The notes under the pieces were generated by a model. That model had not been told where the DNA came from. It searched no databases and saw only the letters and a list, made by a program, of their open reading frames with translations. A stretch of DNA of 48,112 bases from an uncultured bacterium (GTDB taxonomy: Bacteria; Planctomycetota; J058): contig CALDQK010000927.1 of NCBI GenBank assembly GCA_937911525.1, positions 1 through 48,112 of the forward strand, written 5' to 3'. The stretch's first letter is position 1. Every line of letters starts with the position of its first letter. Below, piece after piece: positions 16,246 to 29,159 of the stretch. The position numbers and the translations under genes were made by a program.

Positions 16246-16413
16246 CTGTCGCCAGCGGCAGCCCGGAGCCGCTCAGCGCTCTCTCTACCTCTACCAGGCC
16301 CGAGGGCGGCACCCTGACGGAGCCGGCTCCCTCGCCGGGAAGGAAGGGTAGCCCGCGAATGACGCGGTCCTGCCCGGCCAGAGTTGCGACCCTCGCCAAT
16401 CGACTGAGCGGGG

Positions 16414-16902
16414 CTATTCAACGAGCTCCACAGACTTCGCCTTGAGCTTCCCGCCCTCGATCTGCCCGTCGATCTTGGCGCGGAGTCCGCTCTTGCCGCA
16501 AAAGGGCATGGAGCCGAGCCCGTGGTCGGTGATCTCGACGAAGGCGCCGTCGATCTTGGCGTACTCGCCGCAGTGACCCACCGCAGGGATCGAGCAGCCG
16601 CACGCGACGTCGTAGACCTTGGCGCTTGCGGCCTTCGGCTGTGCAGGCGCCGCGGCCCCGTCCTCGGACACCGGGACCAGGTCCATCTTGCAGGTGGGGC
16701 AGGTCCCTGGCTTCGGCTGCTTGACCTGCGGGTGCATCGAACACGTCCACTGAGACGCAGCGGCTCCTCCCTCGGCGGCCGGCGAGGGGTCGGAAGCCGG
16801 GGCCTCGTTCGCCGGAGCGGGCTCTGCTTGCTGGGTGGGCTCGCTCGGGCAGCCAGCGCAGAGCAAGGCCGTGGCGAGGAGGACGGGGTAGAAGCGGTTC
16901 AT
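16414..16902 (-). CDS. periplasmic metal-binding lipoprotein with heavy-metal-binding zinc-ribbon motif
   Basis: The true start is ATG 16902 (MNRFYPVLLATALLCAGC) with GGAG 7 nt upstream; the ORF-track N-terminal extension overlaps cusA. The protein contains WTCSMHPQVKQPKPGTCPTCKMDLVPV and a Cys/His-rich C-terminal domain (CGCSIPAVGHCGEY...FCG). Confidence 0.7.
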   Translation of the reverse strand: MNRFYPVLLATALLCAGCPSEPTQQAEPAPANEAPASDPSPAAEGGAAASQWTCSMHPQVKQPKPGTCPTCKMDLVPVSEDGAAAPAQPKAASAKVYDVACGCSIPAVGHCGEYAKIDGAFVEITDHGLGSMPFCGKSGLRAKIDGQIEGGKLKAKSVELVE

Positions 16903-16925
16903 GAATGACTCCAGGTTGGGTGGGG

Positions 16926-21034
<4,109 letters not shown>

Positions 21035-21038
<4 letters not shown>

Positions 21039-23899
21039 TTCCCACCTCCCTTCTCGTCGCGCTCACGAACGGGGACGAGGTTCATGCCGCAGATCGGGCA
21101 CTTCCCGGGTCCTGGCTGACGAATCTGGGGGTGCATGGAGCAGGTCCAGCCTCCCGTCGGCTCCGCGGGGCGCGAGCTGGGCTGCGGCGTGGGCGCGGCG
21201 TCAGCCGGAGGAGCTGCTGCCGGGTCGCGTCCGGAGGCCGGGATCGACTCGACCTGCCGTCCGCAGCGCAACATGCGCGACCCGAAGTAGGGGTTGAGGA
21301 CCTGCTCTCCCTCCTGCAGCCAATCTGCGCCGCGGTTCCCGAAGGCCATGGGGCAGTGGAAGCGCCGCACCGAGCGTTGTGGAAGGTGCCCATAGCGGGA
21401 GACGACGGCGGTCAGCTTCGTCGAGAGGGGCTCGAACGCCTGGCGCTGGGCCTCCAATCCGGCTGCCTGTTCGAGGTTTTTCACATCGGCGAGCAATCCT
21501 GGGAGACGAGTCTGACGCCAAACGTCGCGGTCGGCCGAGGGGAGCTGAGCGGGGTCGACGCCCTCGAGCGCTCGGCGCAGCTCCGGAGCGCGGGTGGCTC
21601 CCGTCGCCTTGTCCTCGGCCAGCTCCCGCTGGAGGTTGAAGTAGGCCGCCAGCGCTCCGTCCAGCTGGCGGCGGAACGTGTCGAGACTGGCGCCAGAGTC
21701 CTGCCCGGGCGTCGGCGTCGGGCTTGGGGCTGGCGACTCGGGCTGAGCAGGGGGCTGACCGTGGCCCTCATGTCCCGGCGGTGTGGCGTGGTCATGGCCT
21801 TCATGACCTGTCGGTGCCGGCGTGGCCGGCTGCTGCGGGCGCTGTGGCTCCTCCCCCCGGGCCGGGAAGGTGGAGCGGACCTCACCGCAGCGGAGCATGC
21901 TGGCCCCGAAGAACGGGTTCTGAACCTCCTCGCCCCGCTGCAGCCAGCTCGCACCCTTGTTGTCGCGGGCCATGGGGCAGAACGCCTCGCGATAGACCCC
22001 TTGGGCGTGCCCGAATTGGCGCTCCACGTCGAGCGCGGCCTCAGCCAGGTCGGCGAAGCTCGCGCGCGCCGCATCAATGCTCTCCGCCGTGGAAATCGCC
22101 TCCGCCGCGTCGCGCAGGCGCTTCGCTTCGCGCATCCAGGCCATGTGCCCGTCGCCGCTGACGAGCTTCATGTCGACGCCTTGGATCGCCGTCGCGAGGA
22201 TGCTGGCCGCGGTCTTGGCCGCGGCCAGGTCGTCCCCCGCCAGGGCCTCCTGCACGGCCAGGTAGCCCTCATAGACGGGGCGCAGCGCCGCCAGGAACGC
22301 TGGCGTCGCTTCGTGGCGCTGGGTTTCTCGGCGGCCCGCCGGCGGGAGCATCATGCTCGGCCGCGCCTCGATCTGAAGTGCGCTGTCGATCTTGAAGGCC
22401 CCCTTCGTCACGACTAGGTCGCCCTCCGAGAGCCCCGAGCGGACGATGTAGAAGTCGCCGGCCCGAGGGCCGAGGACGATCTCCTGGCCGCGAAACGAGG
22501 GCTGATCGCCTGGCTGCTTCACGTAGACCAACGAACGGACCCCGGTCCAGAGCACCGCCGACGCCGGCACGACGAGCGGAGGCTTGGCTTGTGGGTCGCC
22601 CGTCCGGTGCAGGGACTCCGCGCGGACGAGGGGCATGCCGCACTGGTCGCACTGGCCCTGGGCGTCCTTGATCACGTCCCAGTGCATGGGGCAGATCCAC
22701 TTGCCGACCAAGCTCGGATCCAGGGTCTGCCCCTCGGCCTGGAGGGGAGCCTTCAACACCGCGCGGACGAACATGCCGGGCTTCAGCCGCCCGTCGGCGT
22801 TGGTCACGTTCAAGCGGACCTTCACCGTGCGGGTGTTGCCGGTCAGGACCGGGTCCACGAACACCACCCGCCCTTCGAAGGGGACGCCGGGATAGGACTC
22901 GGTCTCGAACTGGACCGTCTGACCGTACCGGACCCAGGGCAGGTCCGACTCGTAGGCGTCTAGCTGGACCCACACCTGGCTCAGGTCCGCGATCGTGTAG
23001 ACGCGCTCGCCCGTGTTGACGTAGTCGCCGGTGTTCTTGTTCTTGTGGACGACGATCCCGCCGATCGGCGCGCGGATCGTGATGTGGTCCGAGGTCCGAC
23101 CGCTGCGCTCGATCTCCTCGATCTGATCTCGCCCCAGCCCCCACAGCCGCAGCTTCTCGCGGGCGGATGCCACGGTCTGGTCGGCCGTCTCGAGCATCAA
23201 GCGGCTGCTACTCGCCTGCAGCTTCTTGCGGGCCTCGATCGCCTGCAGCAGCTCCTCCTGGGCGCTCAGGAGCTGCGGGCTGTAGATCTCGACCAGGTGG
23301 TCGTCCTTGCGGACGAGGGTGCCTGTGTAGTCCACGTACATGCGGTCGAGCCGCCCGGGGATCCAGGCCGTGATGTAGTTGAGCCGGGTCTCGTCGTAGT
23401 CGACCTTGCCCACCATGCGGACGTCGCGGGCGACGTCGCGTCGCCGGACGGGCTCAGTCTCGATCTCGGCCAACGTCACCGCGTTTGGCTGCAGCTTCAG
23501 CTCACGGGGGCCCGAGTCGTCACCGCCCTCGCCGACGGGGATCAAGTCCATGCCGCAGATGGGGCACTTCCCAGGCTTCGGGCTACGGATCTGGGGGTGC
23601 ATGGAGCACGTCCACACCGTGGGCTTGTCGTCCGCCGCGGTCTGGCCCTCGGCCGGGGGAGGCGAGGCCTCGGGCGAGGTCAGTCGCCCCAGGAGCAAGC
23701 CGACGAGGAGAAAGACCACCGCGCCCGCGACCCAGCGGGCTCGCTGCCAGCGCGGGGCTTCCGGTTCTGCGGGAGTCGGCTGCGGCGTCGGAGCCTTCGG
23801 CTCCTCCGCGGAGGCGGTCGGCTTGGTGTCGTCCGCCGCGTCGGCCGGCGTGGTGTCGTCTGCCGAGTCGGTCGGCTTGGGTTCGTCGTGGTTCGTCAT
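21035..23899 (-). CDS. cusB: CusB-like periplasmic adaptor fused to three metal-binding zinc-ribbon motifs and two DUF3347-like modules (954 aa)
   Basis: The MFP core is recognisable (hairpin, lipoyl and beta-barrel segments, e.g. IRAPIGGIVV, VWVQLDAYESDL). Three zinc-ribbon motifs are present: WTCSMHPQIRSPKPGKCPICGMDLIPV, WICPMHWDVIKDAQGQCDQCGMPLV and WTCSMHPQIRQPGPGKCPICGMNLVPV. Two FxCPM..W(L)Q..NP(F/Y)FG..MLRCG modules and a His-rich linker (GHEGHDHATPPGHEGHG) are also present. Confidence 0.85.
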
Positions 23900-23907
23900 G
23901 AAGACTC

Positions 23908-25284
23908 CTAGCGCTCGGACCGCGGCTTGAGGTCGGTGCCGGTGAGCATTTCCAGCTCGGCGAACGAGCGGACGCGATCGGCGAGGGCCCGCTCGCGGGA
24001 CAGGTGGAACTCGAGGAGGACGCGCTCGGCGTCCAGGACATCCAGGAAGTCGCCAGCGCCCGCCTCATAGGCGGCGGATGTGGCTTTCAGGGACTGCTCG
24101 GCCTTGGGCACGAGCGAGTCCCGGTAGAGGCGGAGCTTTCGCTCCGCATCTCGGTAGTCGAACAGGGCGCGGGCCGCGGACGCTTCGAGCGAGTTCTCGG
24201 CGTCCGCACGGTCGAGCTCGGCGGCTCGGAGACGCGCCCGCGCCTCCGAGACCGAGGATTCGTAGCGGCCGAACCAGATCGGCAAGCTGATCCCGAACTT
24301 GGCGATCATGGCGTCGTCGCCGCTCCCGGAGGGACGAACGCCCATGGCGTTGCGCACGGCCGGGCCGGTCTCGATGTACTCGAAGCCGAACATGAAGTCG
24401 GGCAGGTAGCTCTGCCACGCCAAGTCGACGCCGCGCTCGCGAGCCGAGATCTTGCGGTTGAGCTCCGCGAGGAGCGGGCTGTGCCGCTCGATCAGGGCCA
24501 GGACTTCACCGTCGGAGACCGCCAGCGACGTGGCGGGGACCGACGACGGCCAGGGGATCTCGAAGTTGGCGGGGACGTCCAGGAGCGAGCGCAGCCGGGC
24601 CACGTGGGGCTTGCGGGCGTCGTTGAGCGTGGCCAGGCGATCTTCCAACCGCCCGATCTCGACCTGCGCCTTGATCACGTCCCGGTGGGCCGCCTGCGCG
24701 CCAGCGCGGAACCGGGTCTGGGCGACGGACTCCCAGTGCCGGACCAAGGTCAGGGTCTCGTCCGTGACGGCGCGCTCGCGGGCCAGGTAGTAGTAGTCGG
24801 CGTAGGCCCGCGCGACCTGATACACGATCCGCAGGCGGACCGCGTCGGTCCTGGCCCGCGTCGCCTCGGACTCCTCCAGCGCCATGGCGCTCCGCTCGGC
24901 GAGCTTGCCGGGCCAGGGCACCATTTGGGAGACGCCGAACCGGTGTCGCTGCGGGCCGACGCGGGTCTCGACCTGCTCGATGAAGCCGCCGTAGGTCAGC
25001 TCCGGGTCGGGCAGCGAACGCGCCTGCGGCACCCGCTCGAGGTCTGCGCGCCAGCGCTGGGACTGGGCCTGCAGAGCCGGGTTGCGGCGCAGCGCGAGGG
25101 CGACGTAGTCCGTCAGGGTGCTGGCCGACGTCAGCGGCGCGACCTCCTCGTTCATGGGGCGAAAGCTGGCGTCGAGCTCGCTCCAATCGGTCCAGGCCGT
25201 ACGCTCCCGGTCGTAGGCGCAGCCGGCCAGGGAGAGGGACAAGACGGTCAGCGCGCCTGTTAGCGCGCACACGGATCGCGACAC
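23908..25284 (-). CDS. cusC: outer-membrane efflux factor lipoprotein (TolC/CusC family)
   Basis: GTG start with an AGGAGA RBS. The lipobox is LSLAGC. The protein is 458 aa with two OEP-type helical repeats, and its stop lies 8 nt upstream of the adaptor gene's start. Confidence 0.85.
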   Translation of the reverse strand: MSRSVCALTGALTVLSLSLAGCAYDRERTAWTDWSELDASFRPMNEEVAPLTSASTLTDYVALALRRNPALQAQSQRWRADLERVPQARSLPDPELTYGGFIEQVETRVGPQRHRFGVSQMVPWPGKLAERSAMALEESEATRARTDAVRLRIVYQVARAYADYYYLARERAVTDETLTLVRHWESVAQTRFRAGAQAAHRDVIKAQVEIGRLEDRLATLNDARKPHVARLRSLLDVPANFEIPWPSSVPATSLAVSDGEVLALIERHSPLLAELNRKISARERGVDLAWQSYLPDFMFGFEYIETGPAVRNAMGVRPSGSGDDAMIAKFGISLPIWFGRYESSVSEARARLRAAELDRADAENSLEASAARALFDYRDAERKLRLYRDSLVPKAEQSLKATSAAYEAGAGDFLDVLDAERVLLEFHLSRERALADRVRSFAELEMLTGTDLKPRSER

Positions 25285-25398
25285 GGTGCGTTCTCCTGCA
25301 CGTGGAAGGACGGGCGAGACGTCTGCTCGAGCTCGGGACGGACGTCGTCCTGAGCGCGCAGACGCCGGGGGCGCCGGGCGCTGCCCGGCGTCAACCGC

Positions 25399-25824
25399 CT
25401 AGAGCAGGAAGACGCGGTGAAGTAGGTGCAGCCTGTGTTTGCCAGGCGGGGGTCGCGGCCAACACGCAGAAGTCTGCAATCGGCGGTCTTGGGGGCTCGG
25501 GACGGCGGGAGGAGCCTCGAAAAGGACGAGCGCGAGCTGCCCGCAGTACGGCTCGCCGGTCGCAGGCAGCTTGCTGCCCGCAGCGTCCCCGAGGTCGAGC
25601 TTCGGGCAGTCGGGGCAGTGGTCGGGGGACTGGGCGCGCTCGTTCCGGTCGTCGTCTGCCTGCATGGCGCAGCAACCGTGAGCGCGCGGCTGAGGAGCCT
25701 CCGCCTGGCTGCAGAACAGGCCGTGATCTCCGCCCTGGCAGGCGCAGAGGTCGAGCTGCCCGATTCCTCCCGGAACGAGCAGGGTGACGATCAGGAGGAC
25801 GCTCAGGAGTCGCGCGCCGATCAC
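25399..25824 (-). CDS. secreted Cys/His-rich small protein (putative)
   Basis: The GTG start overlaps the kinase stop (GTGA). A signal-peptide-like N-terminus (LLSVLLIVTLLVPGG) is followed by CAC, FC, HGCCAM and HCPDCP motifs. GC3 is high over most of the ORF. The C-terminal third is low-complexity, so the true end is uncertain. Confidence 0.45.
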   Translation of the reverse strand: MIGARLLSVLLIVTLLVPGGIGQLDLCACQGGDHGLFCSQAEAPQPRAHGCCAMQADDDRNERAQSPDHCPDCPKLDLGDAAGSKLPATGEPYCGQLALVLFEAPPAVPSPQDRRLQTSACWPRPPPGKHRLHLLHRVFLL

Positions 25825-27677
25825 GAGGTGGCCTCGCGATCGGCCGTCACTTGGGCGCGGGCCAGGCGAGACTCGTCCCGCGCGCGAGCGTACTGGCGCT
25901 GGCGCGCGCGGATGCGGATCTCCGAGATCGCGCTCACGGCGACGCGCGGGTAGCTCGCGAAGCGGGGCTCGTAGTCGAGCACAGCGTGGTCGGCGCGCGG
26001 CGCCGGTTCGGCAGGCGTGGGGTCCTGGGGAGGCTCTACCGCGGGGGCGGACTCGGCCTCAGCGGCAGGCCCCTCGTCAGGGACGAGCTCCCGGAGTCGC
26101 GCGCGCCACCACATGTGGGCCCGCTGCTGGGTCCACGGCTGCGCGACCGCGATCCGCGCCAAGCGCTCGTGCAGGTCATCCACCGTCTGCGGCCGCAGGC
26201 GCGGGGTCTTGGCCAGGCAGTTGATGATCAGCTCTTCCAGTTCGGGAGGGATCGCCTGCCGTGTCTTCGCGCTCGGGATCGGCGGTGGAGCATGGACGTG
26301 GTCGGCGATGATCCCGGCCGCGGTGGACTGCTCGAACACCAGGTGCCCGGTCAGCAGCCAGTAGGCGACGCAGCCGATCGCGTAGACGTCGGCGCGGGAG
26401 TCGACCTCCGCGGGGCTCTTGGCCAGCTCGGGGGCCATGAAGGCAGGCGTCCCCACGACGTAGTCCGCGTCGCTCACGCGGGGGTCCTGCTCGGCGGGCT
26501 TCATGCGCCGCACGAGGCCGAAGTCGAGGACCTTGACGAAGTCGACCTGGTTGCCGACGTGGCAAGCCATGAGGTTCGAGGGCTTGATGTCGCGGTGGAC
26601 GAGCCCCGCGGCGTGCGCCTCGGACAGCGACTCGCACACCTGCCGCAGGAGGTAGATCGCGCGGGCAGGGGAGAGCGGGCCGAAGCGATCGACCAGCTCC
26701 TCCAGGTCGATCCCTTCGAGGAGCTCCATGGCGTAGTAGAGGGTGCCGTCGTCGGTGACCCCGTAGTCGTAGAGGCTGACGGTGTGCGGTGAGGTCAGGG
26801 CCGCGATCGTCTGGGCCTCGCGCTCGAAGCGCGCCAGGACCTCGCTCCGATCCTGGAGCGGCGGCGTCCCGTGGGTGCCGGTCGTCGGCAGGTGGACGAG
26901 CTTGACGGCCGCGGGCCGTGCCAACAGGGCGTGCTCCGCGCGCCACACCTCGCCCATGCCGCCGCGCCCCAGGAGCTCGACGAGGCGGTAGCTGCCGAGC
27001 TGGCGAACGGTGTCCCGGGCGGTCGTGGCGGCCGAGCCGAGGTCGAACACGAGCCACGCCGGGACCACCGCGAGGCCAGCGCAGACGTAGTAGGGGAGGA
27101 ACGTCTCGGCCAACACGGGGAGCCGCGGCAGGGCCTGGCCTTCCGCGAGGCTCCACACGAAGAAGACCGCGGGCGCCGTGGTCGCGCAGAGGGTCGAGAC
27201 GACGAGGCTGCGCAGCGGCCGGCTGGGAATCAGCAGGGGGAAGAGGAGGATCCACACGGCCAGCCACGACAGCTTGACGCCCACGCCCTGGAGGAGCATG
27301 TCGCCGGAGAAGGCGCAGACCGAGAGCACGAGCGCGCCGAGGAGCTGGTAGGCGAGCCCGACCTTGAGGGTCGTCCGCGCCGGCAGCAGCCGGCGCCAGG
27401 CGACGACCGCCATGCCCAGCGAGAGCAAGAACAAGACGGTCTGGGCGGCCAGGAAGTGGGTGAGGTGGTGGGGGGCCTCCCACCCGAGGGGTCCGTAGAG
27501 CACGAACGCGCTCAGGACGAGCGCGGCGACGACGCCGGCGAAGACGGCGCTCACCAGCGCCAGCCGGCGGTTCGACTGCTCGAGGAAGCGGCTGTCGAGG
27601 AGCGCGGACGTCGCAGAGCCCGGAGACGACTTAGCGTCCCTGTCTTCGACTCGCTCGCAGACGACCCCGACTCTCAT
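25821..27677 (-). CDS. membrane Ser/Thr protein kinase with N-terminal multi-TM domain
   Basis: About 6-7 hydrophobic helices span aa 40-230. A Hanks-type kinase follows, with GRGGMGEVW, AAVKL, HRDIKPSNLM, DFGLV and GTPAFMAPE. The C-terminal tail is Pro/Glu-rich. Confidence 0.9.
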   Translation of the reverse strand: MRVGVVCERVEDRDAKSSPGSATSALLDSRFLEQSNRRLALVSAVFAGVVAALVLSAFVLYGPLGWEAPHHLTHFLAAQTVLFLLSLGMAVVAWRRLLPARTTLKVGLAYQLLGALVLSVCAFSGDMLLQGVGVKLSWLAVWILLFPLLIPSRPLRSLVVSTLCATTAPAVFFVWSLAEGQALPRLPVLAETFLPYYVCAGLAVVPAWLVFDLGSAATTARDTVRQLGSYRLVELLGRGGMGEVWRAEHALLARPAAVKLVHLPTTGTHGTPPLQDRSEVLARFEREAQTIAALTSPHTVSLYDYGVTDDGTLYYAMELLEGIDLEELVDRFGPLSPARAIYLLRQVCESLSEAHAAGLVHRDIKPSNLMACHVGNQVDFVKVLDFGLVRRMKPAEQDPRVSDADYVVGTPAFMAPELAKSPAEVDSRADVYAIGCVAYWLLTGHLVFEQSTAAGIIADHVHAPPPIPSAKTRQAIPPELEELIINCLAKTPRLRPQTVDDLHERLARIAVAQPWTQQRAHMWWRARLRELVPDEGPAAEAESAPAVEPPQDPTPAEPAPRADHAVLDYEPRFASYPRVAVSAISEIRIRARQRQYARARDESRLARAQVTADREATS

Positions 27678-27689
27678 GGCCGACCGACG

Positions 27690-27705
27690 TGCAACTCATG
27701 TGCCG
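27690..27705 (-). promoter_or_regulatory. sigma54 (-24/-12) promoter for the kinase-cus operon
   Basis: The minus strand reads cGGCAC-atgag-TTGCA with exact GG-N10-GC spacing. The -12 element ends 12 nt upstream of the kinase ATG (27677), and there is no SD between them. Confidence 0.65.
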
Positions 27706-27786
27706 ACCACCGCTCCCCAGCGCTTGTCGCCTTGTCGGGGGTTCTGCCTCCAGAGTGGGCAGGGCATCTCCAACTCCTGGAGTTCA

Positions 27787-27808
27787 GGCATTTCAGATCT
27801 GAAATGCC
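27787..27808. promoter_or_regulatory. perfect 22-bp palindrome GGCATTTCAGATCTGAAATGCC, candidate enhancer-binding-protein site
   Basis: Read directly. It is centred between divergent -24/-12 elements, about 80-95 bp from each. The same core recurs at 40514-40527, with degenerate copies near 40471, 44105 and 44254. Confidence 0.6.
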
Positions 27809-27900
27809 GGGCTGGGAGGCCATTCACGGCCACGTGACGCCGAGCAGGTCCGGGTCGCGCAATCGCGAGGCGTCGGCCGGGGTTGGCAGGGAGGTGCTGG

Positions 27901-27916
27901 CGGATCGAGACTTGCA
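27901..27916 (+). promoter_or_regulatory. possible weak sigma54 promoter for the channel gene
   Basis: cGGATC-gagac-TTGCA has correct GG-N10-GC spacing and a perfect -12 box but a poor -24 box. The predicted transcription start falls just before the GGAGG RBS of the 27940 gene. Confidence 0.3.
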
Positions 27917-27939
27917 ACTACGAAACGCGAGGAGGTCCG

Positions 27940-28671
27940 ATGGCTGAGCGAGTGATCGAAGCACGCCCCGAGGGGGAGGAGCGCTGCACCGTCCTGCTGG
28001 TCGCCCTGCTGGGGCTGTTCCTCCTATGGCCGCTCTTGGGCTTGGGTCACGTAGGCTCCGCGCTGCTCGACCTGTTCGTGTCCGCGGCGCTGTTGCTGAC
28101 CGTCCGCGCCCTGCGAGGCCCAGGGCGCGCCGTGTTCCGCGCTGCCCTCGCGCTGTCCGTCCTGGCGATCGTCACGGCTGCAGGGAGCCACCTGCTCGGG
28201 GTGGCTTCGCTCCTGCCGCTGGGCCATGTGCTGGGGCTGCTGTTCTTCCTGCTCACGGGCGGCACCCTGCTCAAGCGCGTCCTGGAGCCGGGCCCCGTCA
28301 CGGCCAACCGCTTGGAGGCCGCGATCTGCGGCTACTTGCTCATCGGGTTGGGGTGGGCGCTCGTGTTCTCCCTCATGGAGCACTTCCAGCCCGGGGCCTT
28401 TCACGACCCAGCCGGAGGATCCCCGGAGAGCCACGCCGTGCTGGCGGGCTTCCCGCACTTGATCTACTACAGCTTCACGACCCTCACGACGCTGGGGTTC
28501 GGCGACGTGGTCCCGCGGAGCCCGTTCGCCAGGTCCCTCAGCACCCTGGAGGCGGTGGTGGGTCAGCTCTACCTCGCGCTGCTGGTCGCCAGGCTGGTGG
28601 GCTTGCACATCGCCCGGATCGCGGCCAGCGAGCAGACCGAGTGCCCGGCCCACCGCGAACCTGCTCAGTGA
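27940..28671 (+). CDS. K+-channel-like pore protein (Ion_trans_2 type)
   Basis: ATG at 27940 with GGAGG 5 nt upstream. Multiple TM helices are present, with a selectivity-filter-like TTLGFGD after a pore helix (IYYSFTTLTTLGFGDVVP). Confidence 0.75.
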   Translation: MAERVIEARPEGEERCTVLLVALLGLFLLWPLLGLGHVGSALLDLFVSAALLLTVRALRGPGRAVFRAALALSVLAIVTAAGSHLLGVASLLPLGHVLGLLFFLLTGGTLLKRVLEPGPVTANRLEAAICGYLLIGLGWALVFSLMEHFQPGAFHDPAGGSPESHAVLAGFPHLIYYSFTTLTTLGFGDVVPRSPFARSLSTLEAVVGQLYLALLVARLVGLHIARIAASEQTECPAHREPAQ

Positions 28672-29159
28672 CAGGGCTCGCCGCCGTCCGAGCTGCTGAG
28701 CGTGTCGACGAACTTGAGCCCCAGGCGCTCCAGCTCGGTCCGCGGGTCTTCTTGCTTGGCCTTGCCCCTGCCCGACCCGCTCGGGACGTCTCGCTCGGTC
28801 AGGGCCCGGAGCATGTCGAAGGAGCTCAGGATCCCGTGGACCTTCCCGTCCCGCACGATCACGAGGTGCCGGACGTGGTACTTGGCCATGAAGCGGGCCA
28901 CGAGCACCACGTCGACGGTCTCGGGCACGGTGTAGACCCGCCGCTGCATGACCTCCTTCACCGGGTGCCGGGCCTCGTCGCCCTGAATGTCCACGAAGTC
29001 CGCGCAGGTCACGATCCCGGCGAGGTAGTCCCAGTCGTCGACCACGGGGAGGGCGTGAAAGTCCTTGCCGCCCAGGATGCGGCGCACGCGCGCGATCGGA
29101 TCGGTCTCTTTGACTTTCACGACTTCGGTCGTCATGAGGTCACTGACTTTCATTGGCAT
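28665..29159 (-). CDS. CBS-domain pair protein
   Basis: Two CBS-type repeats are present (VSDLMTTEVVKV...ALPVVDD...GIVT; VKEVMQRRVYTV...HLVIVRDGKVHGILSSFDML). This is the last gene of the long minus-strand operon. Confidence 0.8.
   Translation of the reverse strand: MPMKVSDLMTTEVVKVKETDPIARVRRILGGKDFHALPVVDDWDYLAGIVTCADFVDIQGDEARHPVKEVMQRRVYTVPETVDVVLVARFMAKYHVRHLVIVRDGKVHGILSSFDMLRALTERDVPSGSGRGKAKQEDPRTELERLGLKFVDTLSSSDGGEPCH

Noticed and set aside
16246-16413. Junction between the phage-like module and the metal island, examined for tRNA, att-type direct repeats or a strong terminator.
   Set aside because: Only short palindromes (GAGCCGGCTC, GCGGC..GCCGC) are present. There is no tRNA-like cloverleaf, and no repeat could be matched elsewhere in the window.
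27884-27898. TGGCAG-ggagg-TGCT resembling a sigma54 promoter upstream of the channel gene.
   Set aside because: The GG to GC spacing is 11 nt instead of the invariant 12, so it was not called. The neighbouring element at 27901-27916 has the correct spacing.
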